NCBI RefSeq assembly: GCF_007748075.1
Contig: NZ_CP036280.1
Coordinates: 2,790,001-2,822,000, forward strand
From: Mucisphaera calidilacus
GTDB taxonomy: Bacteria > Planctomycetota > Phycisphaerae > Phycisphaerales > Phycisphaeraceae
Direction of reading: 5' to 3'
DNA: 32,000 nt
The notes beneath the pieces are model-generated. The model did no database searches. It was not told the origin of the DNA and was given only the letters and a program-made list of their open reading frames with translations. Positions 16,844 to 26,438 of the stretch are shown piece after piece. The stretch's first letter is position 1. Each line of letters begins with the position of its first letter. The translations under genes were made by a program, and so were the position numbers.

Positions 16844-17107
16844 TCAGTTTCTGCCGACGCCGCACTTCTTCCGGCTCTCGTCGTGATCCTGCCCGGCTCT
16901 GAGGATGCGTTCGATCTCCTCGGCCGAGGCGCCGCGTTCGATCAGCCGGGCCTTGATGACCGCCTCCTCGCGGTGGCGCAACACCTTGAAATACTGGCTG
17001 ATCCCCGTGATCACGGTCACCATGAAAAAGACCATGGCGAACATCATCAGGGCGAAGAGGTGGTCTGAGTTGAGCTGATCGAAGATCTGTCCCAGCATCA
17101 GGAACAT
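16844..17107 (-). CDS. Small single-TM protein, paralog A
   Basis: 87 aa. One TM helix (LFALMMFAMVFFMVTVITGI) is followed by HREEAVIKARLIERGASAEEIERILRAG. A GAGGAAG SD lies upstream of the ATG at 17107. Confidence 0.6.
   Translation of the reverse strand: MFLMLGQIFDQLNSDHLFALMMFAMVFFMVTVITGISQYFKVLRHREEAVIKARLIERGASAEEIERILRAGQDHDESRKKCGVGRN
16901..16973. repeat. Copy 2 of the 73-bp direct repeat (inside paralog A)
   Basis: GAGGATGCGTTCGATCTCCTCGGCCGAGGCGCCGCGTTCGATCAGCCGGGCCTTGATGACCGCCTCCTCGCGG. It lies 282 bp from copy 1. The flanking TM-coding parts of the two genes are diverged. Confidence 0.85.
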
Positions 17108-17244
17108 GACGCTTCCTCTCTGAACGGGCGGGCATCAGAGGATGGTCGCATCCCGAAGCGGGTCCTTGCAACCCTCGTTCGTTCATGTTTTCTGCGTCAC
17201 CTGCCCGACTCAGTGAACAGAGGGATCACGCGACGGAGCCTGCC

Positions 17245-17544
17245 ATGCCAAAGACCACGATGACATTCGCCGCGTGGAAGCGGAGCATCGGCCCGGCGGT
17301 GACGCTCGGCCAGCTTCCAGAGCTCACGCAGAAGAAGCCCGCTGAGATCGCCCGGGCGATCCGCGAGGGCCTGCTGCCGATTCGGACCTTCCGAGCCGCC
17401 ACCGGCGTGAGCTACCAGCGTGTCCGCATCGAGGACGTGCTGCTGTTTCTCAGGGGAAAAACAGCCTCCAGGCCCAAGGTCACCATGGAAGACATGGCCA
17501 GAGCGTTCCGGCAGATGGTTGGCGAGCAGCACCTGAAGCGTTGA
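17245..17544 (+). CDS. Hypothetical protein with an excisionase/MerR-like (HTH_17-like) DNA-binding pattern
   Basis: 99 aa from ATG 17245, which has a GGAG 6 nt upstream. The track start at 17185 adds 20 residues with no SD. TLGQLPELTQKKPAEIARAIREGLLPIRTF...YQRVRIEDVLLFL follows the HTH_17 pattern (L..E.A..L.....I.R.I..G.LP......R.RI...DL..FL). Confidence 0.45.
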   Translation: MPKTTMTFAAWKRSIGPAVTLGQLPELTQKKPAEIARAIREGLLPIRTFRAATGVSYQRVRIEDVLLFLRGKTASRPKVTMEDMARAFRQMVGEQHLKR

Positions 17545-17550
17545 GGCCGA

Positions 17551-17730
17551 TCAATCGGCCATGTGCCGCTTGGTGAGCAGGATCTTCTTGAGCTGTCGTT
17601 CGATCTCGTCCAGTTCACGCAGCATCACGCCACGCTGGGGATCGGGCACGGTCGCCAGCTCTTCGCACAGGGCACGCCAGCGTGCACGCAGGTGACTCGG
17701 TTTCTGATGATCGATCGATGTGCGATCCAT
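17551..17730 (-). CDS. Unlisted small ORF, 59 aa, helical/charged
   Basis: Below the 60-aa cut-off of the ORF track. Hand translation: MDRTSIDHQKPSHLRARWRALCEELATVPDPQRGVMLRELDEIERQLKKILLTKRHMAD*. A perfect AGGAGG (17736-17741) sits 5 nt before the ATG (17728-17730). Third positions are GC-rich like the neighbouring genes. Confidence 0.45.
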   Translation of the reverse strand: MDRTSIDHQKPSHLRARWRALCEELATVPDPQRGVMLRELDEIERQLKKILLTKRHMAD

Positions 17731-17830
17731 ACGGGCCTCCTATCGCTAGCGGTTGAAGCATCTGTTGAGACATCACCCGGTAGAAGTGAACCACCAGCCG
17801 TCAACGTAGCAGCTGGATCGGCGCCTGTCA

Positions 17831-18010
17831 CGAAAAAACCTCGGAAGCCTATCATTGACATAGACTTATGGAATTTATAGCGTTCTATAACCCAATTAAT
17901 AGAGCGATTGGACTATGGGCGTACAGTTGTAAAAATCATTGTCACAACGCTTTATAGCCGCATACAAATTTGGGCTAATTCGTTTGACAGGTTAATCTCA
18001 TAGCCGGAAC
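17831..18010. promoter_or_regulatory. AT-rich (about 39% GC by hand count), palindrome-rich intergenic control region
   Basis: 70 G+C in 180 nt, against about 65-70% in flanking genes. It contains two TTGACA hexamers (17855-17860 and 17984-17989), the perfect palindrome TTATAG-CGTT-CTATAA (17875-17890), and the inverted repeats CCAAT-N11-ATTGG (17892-17912) and GTTGT-N13-ACAAC (17926-17948). It lies between the divergent 59-aa ORF and the hybrid histidine kinase. Confidence 0.5.
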
Positions 18011-18064
18011 AACACGATACATCCACGGGGGAGGGAGATACCTGTTCTACCAACCTGGAAGTAC

Positions 18065-20065
18065 GTGTTGCCTGAACCACCCATCAATCCCAGTGACGGG
18101 ACCATGATCCGTCAGGACCTGCTCCTGGCCTCGCTGGATCAGGTCGCCGAAGCCGTGCTGGGCTTCTGCGCTCGGGGCGAGATCATCTTCGCGAATCGCG
18201 AAGCGACGGCCCGATTCGGCTATTCGCCATCCGAATTCTCCACGATGTCGCTGCGGCAGCTGGCGCCCGAGATGGAGGACGACGCCTACGAGCACTTCGT
18301 CGCCGACCTGTCTGAGAAGCGTGAGGCGTCGATCAAGGTCAAGCTGCAGACGGCGGAGGGCTGCCTGACGCCTGTGAGCATCCGCGCCCGGCAGATCGGT
18401 GACGGCCCGAATCCCTGCTTCACCTGCGTGATCCACCGCACGCACATGGCCGCCTCGTTCAACAATCTGATGCTGACGCGTGAGTCGCGTCTGGAGCTCG
18501 CCCTGCGGGCCGCCAATGTCGGCCTCTGGGACTGGGACATGGTCCGCGACGAGATGTACTTCAACGAGACGTGGTACACGATGCTGGGCTACGAGACCGA
18601 CGCGTTCCCACCCTCGATCGATACCTGGTCGCTGCTCGTCCACCCCGACGACCTCGCCCACGCGCTGCGGGCCTTCTCGGACAACTTCAGCAACACCAAG
18701 TCCAAGATCGAGACCAGTTTCCGCATGAAACGGTCCGACGGGAGCTGGCAGTGGATCCAGAACATCGGCGAGGTGGTTGAGCGAGACGCCGACGGCGCGG
18801 CCATGCGTGTCATCGGGGTGCACGTCGACATCCACGAGGCGGTCCGCGACCGCGAAGCACTCGACCGGGCCAAGGCCGAGGCGGAAGCCGCCAACCGCAG
18901 CAAGGACCAGTTCCTCGCGAATATGTCGCACGAGATCCGCACGCCGATGACCGCGATCCTTGGCTACACCGACATCCTCGCCGAGGAACAGACCACCGAG
19001 GCCCAGCGGCTCGAGGCCGTCAGCGTGATGCGCCGCAACGGCGAGCACCTGCTCACGGTCATCAATGACATCCTCGATCTGTCCAAGATCGAGGCGGGAC
19101 GGATGACCATCACGCCCGAGCCGACACACCTGCCGGGCATCCTTGACGACGTCATCGCGCTGATGAACGTGCGTGCGCGTGACAAGAACCTGAGCCTGAC
19201 CACCGAGTACCGCAGCTCGATCCCGGAACGGGTCATCATCGATCCGGTACGCCTGCGGCAGATTCTCGTCAATCTCGTGGGCAACGCCGTGAAGTTCACC
19301 AGCGAGGGCGAAGTCCGCCTGATCCTCGCCGCACGGACCAATCAGGACCAGACCACCAGCCTGCGTATCGAGGTGGCGGACACGGGCATCGGCATGAAGC
19401 CCGAGCAGCTCGCGCGGCTCTTCCGCCCCTTCACGCAGGCCGATGACTCGATGACGCGTCGCTTCGGCGGCACCGGCCTGGGCCTGACCATCAGCCGCAA
19501 GCTCGCCCGGTTGATGGACTGCGACCTGACGGTCCAGTCCACCTTCGGCCGGGGCAGCAGCTTCATCCTTGACGGCAAACTCGATACACCCAACGACACG
19601 CGGTGGGTCTCCGAGTCCGGCCCGGCGCTCGAGCAGACCGACGTGATCCTGCAAAGCCAGAACCCCCAGCCGCTGCTCGGCCGGCGGGTGCTGGTCGCGG
19701 AGGACGGCCCCGACAACCAGAAGCTCATCGCGCATCACCTGCGCAAGGCGGGTGCGGAAGTCACCATGACCGACAACGGCCAGCTCGCCGTCGAGGCCGC
19801 GGCCGAGGCTCGGGCCAACGGCGAAGACTTCGACGTCATCCTGATGGATATGCAGATGCCGGTTCTTGATGGCTACGCGGCGACGGGCAAGCTGCGCGAG
19901 ATGCGTTTTGACCTGCCGATCATCGCCCTCACGGCGCACACCATGTCGGGCGACCGCGAGAAGTGCCTCGCGGCGGGCTGCTCCGATTTCCAGACCAAGC
20001 CGATCAATCGCGACGCGTTGATCAAGACCATCGTCTCACGTCTCGACGCATCGATCGCGGCGTGA
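18065..20065 (+). CDS. Hybrid sensor histidine kinase/response regulator (PAS-PAS-HisKA-HATPase_c-REC)
   Basis: The H-box is [19 protein letters not shown], the N-box is [13 protein letters not shown]1 is VADTGIGM and G2 is [14 protein letters not shown]. The receiver is [13 protein letters not shown]...[14 protein letters not shown]...IIALTAHTM...KP. Two PAS-like segments lie upstream (...[24 protein letters not shown]...[17 protein letters not shown]). The track start is GTG 18065; ATG 18104 is an alternative. Confidence 0.9.
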   Translation: MLPEPPINPSDGTMIRQDLLLASLDQVAEAVLGFCARGEIIFANREATARFGYSPSEFSTMSLRQLAPEMEDDAYEHFVADLSEKREASIKVKLQTAEGCLTPVSIRARQIGDGPNPCFTCVIHRTHMAASFNNLMLTRESRLELALRAANVGLWDWDMVRDEMYFNETWYTMLGYETDAFPPSIDTWSLLVHPDDLAHALRAFSDNFSNTKSKIETSFRMKRSDGSWQWIQNIGEVVERDADGAAMRVIGVHVDIHEAVRDREALDRAKAEAEAANRSKDQFLANMSHEIRTPMTAILGYTDILAEEQTTEAQRLEAVSVMRRNGEHLLTVINDILDLSKIEAGRMTITPEPTHLPGILDDVIALMNVRARDKNLSLTTEYRSSIPERVIIDPVRLRQILVNLVGNAVKFTSEGEVRLILAARTNQDQTTSLRIEVADTGIGMKPEQLARLFRPFTQADDSMTRRFGGTGLGLTISRKLARLMDCDLTVQSTFGRGSSFILDGKLDTPNDTRWVSESGPALEQTDVILQSQNPQPLLGRRVLVAEDGPDNQKLIAHHLRKAGAEVTMTDNGQLAVEAAAEARANGEDFDVILMDMQMPVLDGYAATGKLREMRFDLPIIALTAHTMSGDREKCLAAGCSDFQTKPINRDALIKTIVSRLDASIAA

Positions 20066-20066
20066 T

Positions 20067-22844
<2,778 letters not shown>

Positions 22845-22954
22845 GCCTAAGCTCCTGATAACAAACAACCTGCCGACAATGACCCGCCCAATCGGCGAGT
22901 CGCCCACGTCTGTTCAATGCTAGCACACCCCCATACACCCCATCAAAACAGGTT

Positions 22955-23821
22955 TCAATCGACACGCGCAAGCACGTTCACCTGACGTTTGATGCCCTTC
23001 AACGACCCGTCACGCAGTTCGACCGCTTGCAGGCCCCTGCGAACGACCTCGAAGCGCCAATCTTCGCGGATCGACCGTAATCCCTCCATCCAAGCCGCGG
23101 GTGTGTGCCCGGCCCGGCTTGCCTCGCCAAACCCGTACTCGCCCAGGACCATCGGCGGCGCATCGCCGACCAGCTGGCCCGACATCCCCGCGACGGCGAG
23201 CGGCTCGGCACCCTCCAGGTCGAGTTTCACGAGACGGACGTTCGTCTTCACCACCTCATCCATGCGCACGGTCTGCACCTCGTACGTCTGCGTCGCGCCC
23301 TCCTCCGCATCGAAGAGCGAAGACATCCCGTGATTATGGGCCGAGTCGGTCTCAGCGAAACGGTGCAGCGTCGCGGTCCCGGATCGATCCGACAGGGCAA
23401 CGGGATGGACAACGACGCGGTCTTGCAGGCCGTTGAGTTCGAGGTGCGCGACCAACCGCGCGCGGTTGACAGGGTCGGGCTCGAACGCGTGTACGCTGCC
23501 GGCATCGCCGACGCGCGACGCCATGAGGAGCGTGAAATAGCCCAGGTTCGCCCCGCCATCGACCACAACATCACCTGTGCGCACGAGCCGCTTAATCAGG
23601 CGTGCCGTGGACAGCTCGTAGAGACCGAATGCCATGCAGCAGTCGGGATACGTCGCCAGATCAAGGTCGAGCAGCAGGCCGTCAGGCGTTCGGAACCGGT
23701 CCTGCCAACGATCACGGTGGCGTAGTCGACTCACGGCACGCACCAGCCGATAGCCGCCGCGCTCGTCCCACGCGATCCTTGCGTAACCTCTTAAGCCAGC
23801 CTCGGCCCATCCGCTCAGCAT
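22955..23821 (-). CDS. FkbM-family SAM-dependent methyltransferase
   Basis: VVDGGANLGYFTLLMA...VHAFEPDPVN...L..N......VHPVALSD..G...L and KLDLEGAE (the K-x-D-x-EG-x-E motif) are typical of the FkbM family. Confidence 0.8.
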   Translation of the reverse strand: MLSGWAEAGLRGYARIAWDERGGYRLVRAVSRLRHRDRWQDRFRTPDGLLLDLDLATYPDCCMAFGLYELSTARLIKRLVRTGDVVVDGGANLGYFTLLMASRVGDAGSVHAFEPDPVNRARLVAHLELNGLQDRVVVHPVALSDRSGTATLHRFAETDSAHNHGMSSLFDAEEGATQTYEVQTVRMDEVVKTNVRLVKLDLEGAEPLAVAGMSGQLVGDAPPMVLGEYGFGEASRAGHTPAAWMEGLRSIREDWRFEVVRRGLQAVELRDGSLKGIKRQVNVLARVD

Positions 23822-23839
23822 GCACTCAGCGTAACCGAC

Positions 23840-24952
23840 TCACCGTCCCTTGACCCGTACAAAGCCGCCGTCGTCAAATCGGATGAAATAGTTCGGGGCC
23901 ATCCGCAGATCGGGGATGTAGTAGTCGGTTGTGATGACCTGAGCGCCGCTGGCTTTCGCCGCCTGAAATCTGGAGAAGTCGCCTCGCCGGGCCTCGTTCG
24001 TACCCGAATCGGCACGGGTCCGGACCATGTAGCCCTTGCTGACCATGTCGCGTATGCGCTCGAAATCACCCTTGGGATCGTTGATCACCATAAAGGCTGC
24101 CTCGCCACTGCCTGGCTCCGAGAGCGTGAAGAAAACCCGCTCCAACAACCCCTCGTGCCCGGCAACGTAGGTGTCACGCGTGGAGCCGCCGTGGTCGAGC
24201 ACAAAGAGGAACCGACCGGCCGCATCACCAACGCTCGGCCAGCCGGTGGACCTGATCGCTTCTTCGATGGTCTTCGCGTCGCCTCGAACATCATCGGGAA
24301 TCAGCAGACGATCGCGCCCCAGCCCCGCGATCAGCGCCGCATCAAGTGCATCGAAAGCGGCCTGATCGAAGTGAAGGATCTCGCGAGTATTGTCGATTCC
24401 GCCGCGTCCCTCCTTGCAGTTCACGGTGACCACGATCGGAAGGTGGCCGGGGTTAGCCTCCGACCAGGCGCGCATCTCGACGAGTTGATCTCTGAGCAGC
24501 AGGTGCCAACTGCGGAAGTCGTAATCGGCGATGTGCATCACCTTAAAGCCCGGATGTTGCAAGACGCCCTCCTCGTCGAAGGGCTGTGGCTCAATACCCT
24601 GCTCCTCTAAAGCCCGTAAGCCGGCTGGCAACGTGTAAGCCCCGCCTTCAGGGTCGTGATAAACGTCGATTTCCAGGTTGCGCAACCCGAGATTCAATTG
24701 ATCGACGATGGACAGGTGCGCGTACTCAAGCGACTTTACACCCGGGTTGTGTTCGAGCATCAAGGCGAACAAGGCTGGTTCGATACCACGTTTGTAGCTG
24801 TTGTGACTGCCGATGACCTGGATTTGGTTCATCCGCAGGCCGTCGTAGGCAGCGGCCTCGCCCGACATGGATGAATTGCCGGAAGAGACCATGCATCCTG
24901 CCAACATTAGAGCACAGACGACTACCAGACCAGAGGACCACCGCTTTAACAT
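23840..24952 (-). CDS. PLC-like phosphodiesterase lipoprotein (Ca-dependent PI-PLC-like family)
   Basis: Perfect lipobox LMLAGC. IGSHNSYKRGIEP...EYAHLSIVDQLNLGLRNLEIDVYHDP matches the catalytic His/X-box-like region of bacterial PI-PLC-like phosphodiesterases as I recall it. The start is ATG 24952, with a GGGAG 7 nt upstream. Confidence 0.6.
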   Translation of the reverse strand: MLKRWSSGLVVVCALMLAGCMVSSGNSSMSGEAAAYDGLRMNQIQVIGSHNSYKRGIEPALFALMLEHNPGVKSLEYAHLSIVDQLNLGLRNLEIDVYHDPEGGAYTLPAGLRALEEQGIEPQPFDEEGVLQHPGFKVMHIADYDFRSWHLLLRDQLVEMRAWSEANPGHLPIVVTVNCKEGRGGIDNTREILHFDQAAFDALDAALIAGLGRDRLLIPDDVRGDAKTIEEAIRSTGWPSVGDAAGRFLFVLDHGGSTRDTYVAGHEGLLERVFFTLSEPGSGEAAFMVINDPKGDFERIRDMVSKGYMVRTRADSGTNEARRGDFSRFQAAKASGAQVITTDYYIPDLRMAPNYFIRFDDGGFVRVKGR

Positions 24953-24983
24953 CACCGTCTCCCGAAAGCAGGTTCATGAACCG

Positions 24984-25226
24984 TCATGCCATCATCATCA
25001 ACGCGAGATAGGGCACGAGGTTGAAGACAACAATCAGCACCTTGTAGAAGCCCAGGAATCCGAACGCCATCACGATGGTCACGGCAGGCTGGATGCCAAA
25101 GTACTTCTGGTAGAACGAGGCCATCAAAGGTCTGAACGCCATGACCAGGAGTGAACTGAAGATCAGCAGCCCTGCGTTGATCGCGGTGCACCAGCCCAGG
25201 AACGTTGTGAGTTGTTCGATCGTCAT
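24984..25226 (-). CDS. Small membrane protein (DUF6868-like, tentative)
   Basis: 80 aa from ATG 25226: MTIEQLTTFLGWCTAINAGLLIFSSLLVMAF...AFGFLGFYKVLIVVFNLVPYLALMMMA, giving 2-3 hydrophobic helices. The track start at 25286 would overlap miaA. GC is visibly lower than in the neighbours. Confidence 0.55.
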   Translation of the reverse strand: MTIEQLTTFLGWCTAINAGLLIFSSLLVMAFRPLMASFYQKYFGIQPAVTIVMAFGFLGFYKVLIVVFNLVPYLALMMMA

Positions 25227-25279
25227 GGCCGCACCTTTCGACGTGATCGACCCGTGGTTCAGCCGATACATTACCGCCC

Positions 25280-26284
25280 ATGTCATCCCTGCGCCCGATC
25301 GTGATCCTGGGTCCCACAGCGGGGGGAAAATCCGAACTCGCGGTCCGTCTGGGCGAGGCGCTGGGCGGCGAGGTCATCAACGCCGATTCGATGCAGGTCT
25401 ATCGCCACATGGACGCGGGCACGGCGAAGCCAACCCATGAACAAAGATCATGCATCCCCCATCACCTGATTGACTGTGCCGAGCCGGACCGGCCTTACAC
25501 CGTGTCCAACTGGCTCGATTCGGCTGAAGCGTGTCTGTCTGGCATGCAGCATGATCGAAAACGCCCCATTGTCGCGGGTGGAACGAATCTTTATCTTAAG
25601 TCCCTATTGCACGGAATGTTCCAAGGACCGGGGACCGACGAAACCTACCGCGCATCGCTTGGGGAGCAGAGCAGTCAGGACCTCCATACCCGGTTGGCAG
25701 ACATAGACCCCCCTGCTGCCGAGCGTATCGCGCCCGCCGACCGCAAGCGGATCGTCCGGGCTCTTGAGGTGCACCACCTGACGGGGATGACGATCACCGA
25801 GCACCAGTCGCAGTGGAGCGAGGACCCCGACCGGCCCTATCGCTATGACCCCGTGCTCATCGGGCTGAGCTGGCCGACAGACGCCATCAACGCCCGCATC
25901 AACCTGCGTGTCAAGGCGATGTTCTATCCCCATAAATTTGATGAGCTTATAGCACGCGAAGTCTGCATTGGCGGACGCTCGCTGCCCGAGGAGACCGCTG
26001 ATCTGGAAGCTCGTGGACTGCTGGGCATGCAGGCACGCGAGGCACTGGGCACGAAACAGGTGCTGGAACATCTCGCCGACCCGAGCCGTTTCACCCTCGA
26101 CGATGCGTATGAAAAGACCAAGGTTCACACCCGGCGATTCGGCAAGCAGCAGCGGACGTGGATGCGTCGGTTCCGAGGCGTCCGGTGGATTGAGATGCAC
26201 CCGGAGATCAGCCCGGGGGAGGTCGCGGAACAGGCCCTGGCGCTTATCGAGGCGGCGGAAAATGACGACCACGCTAGCCACTGA
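25280..26284 (+). CDS. miaA: tRNA dimethylallyltransferase
   Basis: The P-loop and substrate motifs are IVILGPTAGGKSELAVRLGEALGGEVINADSMQVYRHMDAGTAKPT. Also present: PHHLID, AGGTNLYLKSLL, and RIVRALEV. Confidence 0.93.
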   Translation: MSSLRPIVILGPTAGGKSELAVRLGEALGGEVINADSMQVYRHMDAGTAKPTHEQRSCIPHHLIDCAEPDRPYTVSNWLDSAEACLSGMQHDRKRPIVAGGTNLYLKSLLHGMFQGPGTDETYRASLGEQSSQDLHTRLADIDPPAAERIAPADRKRIVRALEVHHLTGMTITEHQSQWSEDPDRPYRYDPVLIGLSWPTDAINARINLRVKAMFYPHKFDELIAREVCIGGRSLPEETADLEARGLLGMQAREALGTKQVLEHLADPSRFTLDDAYEKTKVHTRRFGKQQRTWMRRFRGVRWIEMHPEISPGEVAEQALALIEAAENDDHASH

Positions 26285-26438
26285 ATCCACAACGACTTGC
26301 GGCAAGTCCCATAACCTGTTGCCGTGTAAGTTTTTCCCTCAACCTGTTGACAACCACCCGATCGGCTGCTCAAGTGTCTCGCCCTGTGGCGTGATGTTCT
26401 ATTAAGGATGCAACTCCGCAGCCGACACCTCCTGAGGA

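Noticed and set aside
17563-17880. 105-aa plus-strand ORF downstream of the HTH gene.
   Set aside because: It is antisense to the 59-aa ORF, which has a perfect SD. It has no SD of its own, runs into the AT-rich non-coding island, and has an unremarkable composition.
26285-26438. Duplicate AACCTGTTG motif (about 26311-26319 and 26341-26349) and a TTGACA hexamer upstream of topA, considered as a regulatory repeat.
   Set aside because: It is a 9-nt repeat occurring only twice, with no convincing -10 element at proper spacing. It cannot be distinguished from chance without comparative data.
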